A DNA stretch of 63,006 bases, the filler included, from Octopus bimaculoides (lineage: Eukaryota): NCBI RefSeq assembly GCF_001194135.2. It is 6 parts of 5 records of this genome, joined end to end, with 100 filler letters (N's around TTAATTAATTAA, not from the genome) between each part and the next. Parts side by side here need not be neighbours in the genome. Positions count along the whole stretch, not along the records: positions 12,303 to 38,483 come from NC_068983.1; 5 more parts are not named here. One strand, written 5' to 3'. The notes beneath the pieces are model-generated. The model had not been told where the DNA came from. It ran no database searches and saw nothing but the letters and a program-made list of their open reading frames with translations. Positions 25,605 through 37,600 of the stretch are shown piece after piece (position 1 is the stretch's first letter; each line of letters opens with the position of its first letter). A program made the position numbers and the translations under genes.

Positions 25605-27046
25605 GTTAACTATATTCCAAACATCAACTTAATTATGGCAAGAATTCATTGTTTTACTATATCTCTTCAAATTCTTGATTAAATTAGTGTCTCATATCAG
25701 GACTTTGCGAAAGTCAGTCAGTATTCTTCATAAGTCTTCATTTGACTGATAACGTAGGATAAAAACTCGTGGTTCACTGCTCACTCAAATGTATTTATTT
25801 TATTATTTCTGTTATTGGTTTCGATGTTTCATTTGTTTCTTGGACAAGTTGAAAATAATGTGGAAGTTTTCGTTAAATGGGAAGGAAACCTCGCTTTGAG
25901 ATAAAAGACATGTTTGCCGAACATTTAATTTCTGTTAACCTACACCTCGTCTTCCCTCCAAAAATAGTAAATAAATTTTGTCCTTTAAAATGAAGATTTT
26001 CCAATGCACAGATGAGATTCGTCACGTTTCTTGCATTCTGCGAATTATATTTGAAATAATTCGTTGACTAACTTATCATTTGTAACGTAATTACTTCTAT
26101 TCATTACATTTCATCTTTATTTACGAAGTTTTAGTTCTGTTTATTTGCTTTTTTAATTATATTTCTCTGAAGAAGGATTTCTATGCAGGCAAATTCTTAG
26201 TATTGATTATAGAGCAAGGACCTTGTTTAAACAATTGGAATTATTTGTTTCTCTCCAGTCTTTTCCGTTTCTTTGTAAGGTTAGCTTCGCTTGTTTGTGT
26301 TTTGCACCAGACTTCATCTTCCATAGAGATTATCTCAATAGAAAGCTACGTCAGGCGACAGTCATGTTCTGTTGAAAAGAAAACAAAGAGTAAAAAAAAA
26401 AGAACACTAAAGAATGCATTACCATTCAAGACTGTAATTATTGAATATCCACCGAAGCTGTTTGCATAAGGAAGTATCTCTTCATTGCTATTTCATTCAT
26501 AGACACCAGGCTAATTTATTTCTCTCTTCCATACACAAGACATATGTGCGGCAAAGATCAAAAGAACTGCTTGCGTCAATAATTTCCCAACATCTCACCC
26601 GAGTCAGTTGGAAATAAAAAGAAATCTGTGAACTATTCAATCATATTGTTTTCATAAAATAGAATAGTAAATGAAATTTCCTGAGAATGGAACAGTTTCA
26701 TGCAACCATAAAATTCTTTCATACTTTGCAACAGTTTTTTCGTTGTCTTCACTAATCTATTTTAGAAATAATGAAGAATGTGACTTCTTGCAGAAAAGAT
26801 GTTTTATATTTGCGAGTTTGCACACGCATACAATCACATACATGTACACATATTCATTCACATGTACACATAGACTTATACACACACATATACTTTTATA
26901 ATCACACATACTTATACACTCACTCATAAACTTATATATACAAACGCAGGTAACCTTTCAAATTTACTTATGCAACACACACAGTCACTCACTGACATAC
27001 ACACATCCAGACACACACAAGTTCAGAAAATGCATACATGCGTTTA

Positions 27047-27175
27047 TATACATGGTTCCGGACTCAGTTCTGCTACGTGGCACTTCGGGCAAGTGTCTTC
27101 TACTATAGCCTCGGGCCGACCAAAGCCTTGTGAGTGAATTTGGTAGACGGAAACTGAAAGACGCCTGCCGTATAT
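27047..27175 (+). mobile_element. SINE family A, 5' fragment running into (TA)n and a gap
   Basis: CATGGTTCCG...GGCAAGTGTCTTCTACTATAGCCTCGGGCCGACCAAAGCCTTGTGAG, the reverse complement of 46620-46750. Confidence 0.85.
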
Positions 27176-27455
27176 NNNNNNNNNNNNNNNNNNNNNNNTA
27201 TATATATATATATATATATTCACACTCAAAGAATCACATATACATACATTTGTATATACGCACATCCACATACAGGTACACGTAAACATGTATGCTTACG
27301 TAGACATGACACACAGACAAAGATTTACACTCACGAAGAAATGGGAAAACCAGTGAAGTATATTTAGTTTAGTGTGAAGAGTTCAAATTGTGCGAAACTT
27401 GAGTTCACGTTTTTCATCTCTCTTGGTTCGATAAAATAAGTACCATTTGTGTACT

Positions 27456-29590
27456 CTTCTTGGCTTGGCTTCACTGACGAAGATTAAGAAGGTTGTTGTC
27501 GACGTTGTCTACACGCTCGTTCGTGGCTGATAAGGCCGATGCGGAATCGATATATCCGATTGCAGTGATAACAGGGGTATGGTTATTCAAGGTCTGATGA
27601 GGCAGCTGCATTGTTTTTTCGCCTCTGACGTTTGGCTTCAAGAGAGGCACTGCGAGAGAACTCAAAGGAGGAAACAACATCGCTGACGGTATGGCGCCAA
27701 GCAACGCGAGTGGCTGTTAGAGTGGACCACTCACGATGACTAATGTCACAAACGCTAAGAGATGCTTCAGGTTATAACTTTTCCTTGGTGCTCCCCCCTG
27801 TTGCGATGGCCGGTGGTGAGCTCACCGTACATGATGATCTTGGGTAGGCGGTGGTCTGTTATCCTGTCAACGTCCCCTGCCCAACGCAGTCGTGTCTTAA
27901 GTAAACTAGTTTCCAGGATGGTGACCATTGTAGTCACTCCAGCAAATGTTGAGGATGGTACGGAGGCAGCGTTGGTGAAAACGTTCGAGGAGTCTGATAG
28001 CAGTAGAGGACTCAGGACTCAGAGCCATATAGGAGCGTCGTGAGAACGACGGCCCTGTAGACGCTGACTTTTGTGCTGATCTTAAGACGCTTGTTGTTCC
28101 AAACACACTTGTACAGTCTGCTACATGCCTTGTTTGCCTTTGCAAATATGTTGTCAATTTCTTTATTGATACTGGCATCTGATGAGATTGTATATCCAAG
28201 ATAAGTGAACTGCTGTACTAATTTCAGTTCTGTTTCAGTAATGGTGATGTGGGGAGGGCTGTACTTCCTCAGGGGCTAGTTGGTGTTGGACTTCAGTCTT
28301 CTTCAAGCTTATTTCTATCCTGAAGAGCTGGTCGACCTCTGCAAATCAGGATGTGCGACAAGTGCGGCATCATCTGCAAAGAGGTGGTCCAGGATCAATT
28401 GCTCTTGGGTCTTGGTATGAGCCTGTAAGCGCCAAGGTTGAAAAGACTGCCATCAAAGCAGTACCTGATGTAAACGCTGTCTTCAGCTTCGAGATCTGCA
28501 GTGGTCTGCCTGAACATCATGCTGAAGAAGATGCTGAAGAGAGTTTGTGACAGGACACAACCCTGCTTCTTGCCGTTGTTGATGGGGAATGGCTCTGATA
28601 TGTTGCTATTCAGGCGGACTTGTCCTTGTTGGTATTCGTGAAGTTGGATGATTATTGTTAGGAATTTTGGGGATTTTAGGATCTGCCACATACAGTGTCG
28701 AACGCTTTTGTCAAATCAACAAATGCTGCATAAAGTGCTTTGTTTTGCTCCCGGCACTTTTCTTGGAGCTGCCTGAGAACGAAACTCATATTTGTTGTGC
28801 ATTTGTTGGCTCTGAAACCATATTGGCTTTCTGGGAGATGATTTTCGGCAATGGGCAGAACAAGTCTGTTGAGGAGCAATCTTGCTAGAACTTTTCCTGC
28901 AGTAAAAAGCAGGGTGATCCCCCGGTAGTTTGAGCAGTCTGATTTTCCCGTTTGTTTATGTACAGTGTAATGATGACAGCATCGCGGAGATCTCGTGGCA
29001 ACTTGCCCTGTTCCCAGCATGCAACGAGGAGCTCGTGGAGTTTAGCATGTAGGACAAGCCCTTCATACTTCCATATCTCTGGTTGTATACCAACAATTCC
29101 AGTTGCCTTTCTAATCTTCAGCCTGCCTATGGCAACTGTGGTCTCTTCCAGGGTTGGAGACCCATCTAGTTCCATTCTGATTGGTTGCTGCTGGATCAGT
29201 ACATCATTTTCGTCAAACTAAGCCCAAGAATTTCAGCAGAGGCCTGTAGAATGGCAGTTTTCAATTGCTCCTATAGGATTTCTGGAAAGGGATCTAAGGG
29301 ACAATTCGATTGATCAAGCTTTGCTTGTAGGCCTGCCTGGAAGTTTACTCTCACTTCGTTTAACTGCAGATCGCTATTTTTGATTTTCTTGTTGGCCGGT
29401 CCTCTCTTTTTTAGTGTGGGATAGTGTGGGCTTGAAATGAGGTTTGAGTTTGCCACGGATGAGGTGATGGTCAGTATGGCATCTTGCGCATGGCATCACC
29501 CTGGTGTGCATAACGTCAGACTGGTTTCGTTGGTGCACTAGAACGTAGCCAAGGAGGTGCCAATGTTTTGATTGGGAATTCATCCAGGTT
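27456..29590 (-). mobile_element. 5'-truncated RTE-clade LINE (EN end + RT), frameshifted
   Basis: KSDCSNYRGITLLFTAGKVLARLLLNRL...LPESQYGFRA...VLRQLQEKCREQNKALYAAFVDLTKAFDTV; SKHWHLL.YVLV...TDHHLIR; (AAGCC)n-type 3' tail. Flanked by a 47-bp direct repeat. Confidence 0.92.
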
Positions 29591-30446
29591 GTTTTTCATC
29601 TCTCTTGGTTTGATAAAATAAGTATCAATTGTATACTAGGGTCTGTCCAATAGATTACTATTATTTCACTCAAAGACATTAACATTATGCCATTGAATAA
29701 GGCATTTCATTTTATGTTGCTTCAGTCAATTCAGCTGAAAATGAAGCGCCAGCAGCAGTGGCTAGAGATTGACATTGCTGTGAACCAGCGTTCAATCAAG
29801 AGGCGGAGCGTCTCGTGCTATTAGTCGCTTGTACACATCAGTTTAATGAGCTCGTAGACTCGAGAAAGACTTAAACTTTAACACTTGCACGCACGCACGC
29901 AGGCAAACACACACGCACACACACATACGCACACACACACACACGTACGCACACACACACACACGTACGCACACACACACACNNNNNNNNNNNNNNNNNN
30001 NNNNNNNNNNNNNNNNNNNNNNNNNNNNNNNNNNNNNNNNNNNNNNNNNNNNNNNNNNNNNNNNNNNNNNNNNNNNNNNNNNNNNNNNNNNNNNNNNNNN
30101 NNNNNNNNNNNNNNNNNNNNNNNNNNNNNNNNNNNNNNNNNNNNNNNNNNNNNNNNNNNNNNNNNNNNNNNNNNNNNNNNNNNNNNNNNNNNNNNNNNNN
30201 NNNNNNNNNNNNNNNNNNNNNNNNNNNNNNNNNNNNNNNNNNNNNNNNNNNNNNNNNNNNNNNNNNNNNNNNNNNNNNNNNNNNNNNNNNNNNNNNNNNN
30301 NNNNNNNNNNNNNNNNNNNNNNNNNNNNNNNNNNTATATATATATATATATGTATACAAGAAATAATTTTTGCCTCTTTTTATGGAGACAAAAGGGTTTA
30401 TAAGACTGCAAAAAAGAAGTGCTGAAATGAAATTGAGACAAAGGTA

Positions 30447-31274
30447 AAAAACATTGATTAGAGAACAAACATAAAATTCGAGTCAACGACTTTATGACAC
30501 CACGCTTCCATACATTTGTTCATATATGAATATTACCATGGGCTTTAATATATGAAAAGAATATAAAAAACACAGAAGGTGAAACATATATATACAAATA
30601 AAAATATAAATATATAGACCGGCCTATCAAGAAGGTGTATACAATCGGCTAAAATTCTAAAGCGTGTCACGCGACTAAAAACATAAATAAAATATCAATG
30701 GACTAAAAAAAAAAAAATTTTTTACTCCACTCAATTAAAAATATGTCAAAAAAGTTCAATTCATAAAAACCATGGTAGGTTGGAGTCCAGGAGCGTAAGT
30801 GAGTTCCACAAAATCCACACATCTATGGCCATTTCGGGAGTTCACAGCCGCGGTTCGATTACGAGTTAATGTAAGTCTCGGCAATGATCCCCTCATCAGG
30901 CTGAATAGGAATCTCAACAACTAGACGCCGCTGGACTCCAGCCTACCATGGTTTTTATGAAATGAACTTTTTTTGACATATTCTTACTTGAGGAGAGTAA
31001 AAAAAAATTTTTTAGTCGATTGATATTTTATTTATGTTTTTAGTCGCATGACACGCTTTAGAATTTTTAGTCGATTGTATAAACCTTCCTGATAGGCCGT
31101 TCTATATATTTATATTTTTATTTTGCATATATATGCTCTAACGTCTGTGTTTGTTATATTCTTTTTATATGTTAAAGACCATGGTAATATTTATATATGA
31201 TCAAATGTATGGAAGTGTGGTGTTATATAAATTCGTTGACTCGAATTTGATGTTTGTTCTCTAATCAATGTTTT
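30447..31274. repeat. Long foldback element, ~345-bp inverted arms
   Basis: 30447-30790 is the imperfect reverse complement of 30931-31274 (e.g. AAAAACCATGGTAGG / CCTACCATGGTTTTT; ACATTGATTAGAGAACAAACAT / ATGTTTGTTCTCTAATCAATGT). Confidence 0.92.
30815..30906 (-). ncRNA. Hammerhead-like motif with long helix II insert, in the foldback loop
   Basis: CAGC-CUGAUGA-GGGG...(57-nt helix II domain)...UCCC-GAAA-UGGCCAU-A-GAUG. Palindromic AUGGCCAU helix III; helix I is imperfect. Confidence 0.55.
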
Positions 31275-31287
31275 ATATATACATATA

Positions 31288-31436
31288 CTTCTTTATTTTC
31301 TCTTGTTTCTTTCTGTGTTTCTTTCTGTGGAAGAGCGTAGGCTCGAAACGTTAAAGACTTTTTCACTTCCCGAGTATTAAACTAATATATCTGTTTGTTG
31401 TTTACACCACATGTCTTCGTCTTTTGTGAATTCTCC

Positions 31437-31440
<4 letters not shown>
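31288..31440 (+). mobile_element. Penelope-like pseudo-LTR fragment
   Basis: High similarity to 5247-5404; ends GTGAATTCTCCCC followed by (TA)n. Confidence 0.78.
31320..31357 (+). ncRNA. Minimal hammerhead-like motif with non-canonical CUGUGGA core
   Basis: UCUUU-CUGUGGA-A-GAGC-GUAG-GCUC-GAAA-CGU-U-AAAGA: perfect helices I and II, palindromic ACGU helix III. Confidence 0.68.
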
Positions 31441-31488
<48 letters not shown>

Positions 31489-31519
31489 TTATATACATAC
31501 GTATATATATATGTGTGTG

Positions 31520-31550
<31 letters not shown>

Positions 31551-31659
31551 TTGTGTGTATGTATATATATATATTTACAGAAGTGACTCCAAGCTTAACA
31601 GTTTCATACTTGGCACTTATGAAACTTTGAGTTACTTTTGTAAGTTTTTCTGATTAATA

Positions 31660-34600
31660 ATATGTTCTTTCGTTCGGTCATTCGTTCTTTCAATCATTCT
31701 TACGTATGTGCGTACATTCGTTCGTTCGTTCGTTCGTACGTTTGTTCGTTCGTTCGTTCGTTCGTTCGTTCGTACGTACGTACGTACGTTCGTTCGTTCA
31801 TTCATTCATTCGTACGTATTTACTTACGCTCGTTCGTTCGTACGTACGTATGTTCGTTCGTACGTTCGTTCTTTCGTTCGTTTGTCCGATCGTTCATTCT
31901 TTCGTACGTTCGTTCGTTCGTACGTTCGTTCGTTCGTACGTACGTACCTACTTACGTACGGTCGTACGTTCGTTCGTTCGTTTGTTCGTTTATGTGTTTC
32001 GTTCATTCGTACGTACGTAAGATCGTTTGTTCGCTCGTATGTACGTACGTTCGTTCGTTTGTTCGTTCGTTCGTTCGGTCGTTCGCACATACGTACTTAC
32101 TTTCATACTTTCGTTCCTAGTTTCGTACGTACGTACATTCGTTCGTTCGTTCGTTCGTACGTTCTTTCGGACGTACGTACGTTCGATCGTTCGTTTGTTC
32201 GTTCATTCGGACGTATGTACGTACCTACATACGTACGTTCGTTCGTTCTTTCGCTCGTTCTTACTACGTACGATCGTTCGTTCGTTCGTTCGTTCGTTCG
32301 TTCGTTCGTTCGTTCGTTCGTTCGTTCGTACGTACGTACGTATGTTCGTTCGTTCGTACGTAGGCACGTACGTAATTACGTACGTTCGTTTTTTCGTTCG
32401 TTCGTTTGTTCGTTCTTACGTACGTACGATCGTTCGTTCATTCGGACGTACGTACGTACGTTCATTCGCTTGTTCGATCTTTCGTTCGCTCGTATGTACG
32501 TACCTAAGTTCGTTCGGTCGGTCGTTCGTACATACGTAAGTAATTTCGTACGTTCGTTCGTTCTTTCGTTCGTTAGTTTGTTCGTTCATTCGTACGTAGA
32601 TGCGTACGTAAGTTCGTTCGTTCATTCGTACGTAGGTGCGTACGTGCGTTCGTTTGCTCATTGGTTCGTTCGTTCGTACGTACGTACGTTCGTTCGATAT
32701 TTCGTGCCTACGTACAAACGTACGTACGTACGTTTGTTCGTTAATTCGTTTGTTCGTTAGTACGTACGTACGTTCGTTCGTTCGTTCATACGTACTAACG
32801 TACTTACGTACGTACGTACGTTTATTCGCTAATTCGTTTGTTCTTTCGTATTTCTTACTTTCAATCGTTCTATCGTTCTCTCGATCGTTCTTTCATTCGT
32901 TCGTTCGTTCTTTCTTTCTTTCGTTCGTTCATTCGTTCGTTCGTTTCGTTCGTTTCGTTCGTTATTTTGTTTCGTTCGATCGTTCGTTCGTTCGTTCGTT
33001 CTTTTGTTCGTTCGTGTGTTTCGTTCATTCGTACGTACTTACGTACTTAGGTACGTACGGTCGTTCGTTCGTTCATATGTATGTACTTTTGTTCGTTCGT
33101 TCGGTCATTCATACATACGTAAGTTCGTACGTTCTTTCGTTCGTCAGTTTGTTCATTCATTCGTACGTAGGTACGTAAGTATATTCGTTCGTTCATTCGT
33201 ACGTACCTTCGTCCCTTCGTTCGTAAGTTCATTCTTTCGTTCGTTCGTGTAGTCGTACTTACGTACGTACGTACGTACATTCGTTCGTTCGTTCTTTAGT
33301 TCTTTCGTTCGTTCGCTCATACGTTCATTCGGACATACGTACGTACGTTCGTTCATTCGAACGTGTGTACTTACGTATATAGTACGTTCTTTGGTTCGTT
33401 CGTTCGTTCGTTCGTTTGTTCGTTGTTGTTTCGTTCATTCGTACGTACGTAAGATCGTTTGTTCGCTCGTATGTACGTACGTTCATTCGTTCGTTCGTTA
33501 GTTCGTTCGTGCGCTCGTGCGTTCGTACGTAGGTACGTACGTAGTACGTTCGTTCTTTCGTTTGTACATTCGTACGTAAGTTCGTACATACGTTCGAACG
33601 TTCGTATGTTACTTCGTTTATACGTTCGTTCTTTCGTTCGTTCATTCGATCGTTCGTTCGTTCGTTCATTCGTACATACGTACTTACTTACGTCCGTTCG
33701 TTCGTCCGATATTTCGTGCCTACGTACAAACGGACGTACGTGCATTTGTTCGTTAATTCTTTTGTTCGTATGTACGTACGTACGTTCGTTCGTTCGTTCG
33801 TACGTACATACGTACTTACGTACGTACGTACGTTTGTTCGTTAATTCGTTTTTTCCTTCGTACTTTCGTACGTTCATTCATTCATTCGTTTGTTCTTTCC
33901 TACGTACAAACGGACGTACGTGCATTTGTTCGTTAATTCTTTTGTTCGTATGTACGTACGTACGTTCGTTCGTTCCTTCGTTCGTACGTACGTACGTACG
34001 TACATACATACGTACGTACTACGTTCGTCCGTTCTTACGTTCGTTCGTTCTTTCGTATGTAAGTACATATGTTCGTTCGTTCGTTCGTATGTACGTTCGT
34101 TGGTCCGTTCGTTATTTCCTTCGTTCCTTCGTACTTTCGTACGAACGTGCGTGCCTTCGTTTGTTCGTTCGTTCATTCGTTTGTTCCTTGGCTCGTTCGT
34201 TCTTTCGTACGTACGTACATAGGTACGTTCGTTCGTTCGTTCGTTCCGTCATTCGTACGTACTTATGTACTTTCGTTCGTTCGTTCATTCGTTCGTTCGT
34301 TCGTACGTACGTTCGTTCGTTTGTACGACGCACTTGCTTACGTACCTACATACGTACTTGCGTAGGTACGTACGTTCGTTCGATCGTTCATTCGTTCGAT
34401 CGTTCGTTCGTTCGTACGTTTGGACGTATGTAGATGCTTTCTATTCTTCATTCGTTCGTCCGTACGTACACACGTACGCACGTTCGTTCTTTCTTATGTT
34501 CGTTCGATGTTTCGTTCGTTATTTCGTTCGTAGTACGTACGTTCGTTCGTCGTTCGTTCGTTCCTACGTATGTTCGCTCGTTCGTTTGTACTTACGTACG

Positions 34601-37600
34601 TACGTACGTTATTAGTTATTTCGTACGTTCGTTCGCTCGTACGTTCGTTCGCTCGTACGTTCGTTCGCTCGTACGTTCGTTCGCTCGTACGTTCGTTCGC
34701 TCTTACGTTCGTTCGCTCGTACGTTCGTACTTCCGTACGTTCGTACTTCCGTACGTAAGTTCGTACGTTGTNNNNNNNNNNNNNNNNNNNNNNNNNNNNN
34801 NNNNNNNNNNNNNNNNNNNNNNNNNNNNNNNNNNNNNNNNNNNNNNNNNNNNNNNNNNNNNNNNNNNNNNNNNNNNNNNNNNNNNNNNNNNNNNNNNNNN
34901 NNNNNNNNNNNNNNNNNNNNNNNNNNNNNNNNNNNNNNNNNNNNNNNNNNNNNNNNNNNNNNNNNNNNNNNNNNNNNNNNNNNNNNNNNNNNNNNNNNNN
35001 NNNNNNNNNNNNNNNNNNNNNNNNNNNNNNNNNNNNNNNNNNNNNNNNNNNNNNNNNNNNNNNNNNNNNNNNNNNNNNNNNNNNNNNNNNNNNNNNNNNN
35101 NNNNNNNNNNNNNNNNNNNNNNNNNNNNNNNNNNNNNNNNNNNNNNNNNNNNNNNNNNNNNNNNNNNNNNNNNNNNNNNNNNNNNNNNNNNNNNNNNNNN
35201 NNNNNNNNNNNNNNNNNNNNNNNNNNNNNNNNNNNNNNNNNNNNNNNNNNNNNNNNNNNNNNNNNNNNNNNNNNNNNNNNNNNNNNNNNNNNNNNNNNNN
35301 NNNNNNNNNNNNNNNNNNNNNNNNNNNNNNNNNNNNNNNNNNNNNNNNNNNNNNNNNNNNNNNNNNNNNNNNNNNNNNNNNNNNNNNNNNNNNNNNNNNN
35401 NNNNNNNNNNNNNNNNNNNNNNNNNNNNNNNNNNNNNNNNNNNNNNNNNNNNNNNNNNNNNNNNNNNNNNNNNNNNNNNNNNNNNNNNNNNNNNNNNNNN
35501 NNNNNNNNNNNNNNNNNNNNNNNNNNNNNNNNNNNNNNNNNNNNNNNNNNNNNNNNNNNNNNNNNNNNNNNNNNNNNNNNNNNNNNNNNNNNNNNNNNNN
35601 NNNNNNNNNNNNNNNNNNNNNNNNNNNNNNNNNNNNNNNNNNNNNNNNNNNNNNNNNNNNNNNNNNNNNNNNNNNNNNGGAACGAACGAACGAACGTACA
35701 TTCGATCGAACGAGCGTTCATTCGAACGAACGTTCATTCGAACGAACAAACGTACATTCGAACGAATGAACGTAAGTCCGTACCTACATACGTAGAACTA
35801 AACGACCAAACGAACGAACGAACGAACGTACGTACGTATGTACGAACGTGCGAACGTAAGAACGAAAGTACGAACGTAAGAACGAACGTACGAACGTACG
35901 TACGTTCGTTCGTTCATTCTTATGTAAGTACGTACATTCGTTCGTTCGTACTTGCGTACGTAATATCGTACGTTCGTTCGTTCCTTCGTTCGTACGTACG
36001 TACGTACATACATACGTACGTATGTCTTTCGTATGTAAGTACGTATGTTCGTTCGTTCGTACTTACGTACGTACGTTCGTTCGTACTTACGTACGTACGT
36101 TCGTTCGTACTTACGTACGTACGTTCGTTCGTACTTACGTACGTACGTCCGTTCGTTCGTTCGGTCGTCCGTACGTACGTACCTTCGTTCGTTTCTTCGT
36201 TCGTACGTACGTACTTACGAACTTACGTACGTACGTTCGTTCTTACGTTCGCACGCACGTACGTATGTACATTCGTATGTTCGTACGTACGTACGGTCGT
36301 TCGTTCGTTTGGTCGTTCATTCGTACGTATGTACGTATGGACTTATGTTTGTTCGTTCCAACGTACTTTCGTTCGTTACTTCATTTTGCTCCTTCGTTCT
36401 TTCGTTCGTTCGTTCGTTCGTTAAATCGTTCGGACGTACTTACGTGCTTACGTACTTTCGTTCGTTCGTTCGTTTGTTCATTTGTTCCTTCGTACGTACG
36501 TTCGTTCTTTCGTTCGTTCGGCCTACATTCGTAGGTATGTAATACGTACCTTCGTTCGTTCGTTCGTACGTACGTACGCTTGTTTGTTCGATCAATCGTT
36601 CGTTCGTACGTTCTTTAGTTCGTGCTTACGTTCGTTCGTTCGTTCATTCGTTCATTTGTACGTAAGTACGTACGTTCGTTCGTTCATTCGTACGTACGTA
36701 CGTACGAACGTACTTNNNNNNNNNNNNNNNNNNNNNNNNNNNNNNNNNNNNNNNNNNNNNNNNNNNNNNNNNNNNNNNNNNNNNNNNNNNNNNNNNNNNN
36801 NNNNNNNNNNNNNNNNNNNNNNNNNNNNNNNNNNNNNNNNNNNNNNNNNNNNNNNNNNNNNNNNNNNNNNNNNNNNNNNNNNNNNNNNNNNNNNNNNNNN
36901 NNNNNNNNNNNNNNNNNNNNNNNNNNNNNNNNNNNNNNNNNNNNNNNNNNNNNNNNNNNNNNNNNNNNNNNNNNNNNNNNNNNNNNNNNNNNNNNNNNNN
37001 NNNNNNNNNNNNNNNNNNNNNNNNNNNNNNNNNNNNNNNNNNNNNNNNNNNNNNNNNNNNNNNNNNNNNNNNNNNNNNNNNNNNNNNNNNNNNNNNNNNN
37101 NNNNNNNNNNNNNNNNNNNNNNNNNNNNNNNNNNNNNNNNNNNNNNNNNNNNNNNNNNNNNNNNNNNNNNNNNNNNNNNNNNNNNNNNNNNNNNNNNNNN
37201 NNNNNNNNNNNNNNNNNNNNNNNNNNNNNNNNNNNNNNNNNNNNNNNNNNNNNNNNNNNNNNNNNNNNNNNNNNNNNNNNNNNNNNNNNNNNNNNNNNNN
37301 NNNNNNNNNNNNNNNNNNNNNNNNNNNNNNNNNNNNNNNNNNNNNNNNNNNNNNNNNNNNNNNNNNNNNNNNNNNNNNNNNNNNNNNNNNNNNNNNNNNN
37401 NNNNNNNNNNNNNNNNNNNNNNNNNNNNNNNNNNNNNNNNNNNNNNNNNNNNNNNNNNNNNNNNNNNNNNNNNNNNNNNNNNNNNNNNNNNNNNNNNNNN
37501 NNNNNNNNNNNNNNNNNNNNNNNNNNNNNNNNNNNNNNNNNNNNNNNNNNNNNNNNNNNNNNNNNNNNNNNNNNNNNNNNNNNNNNNNNNACGGAAGAAC

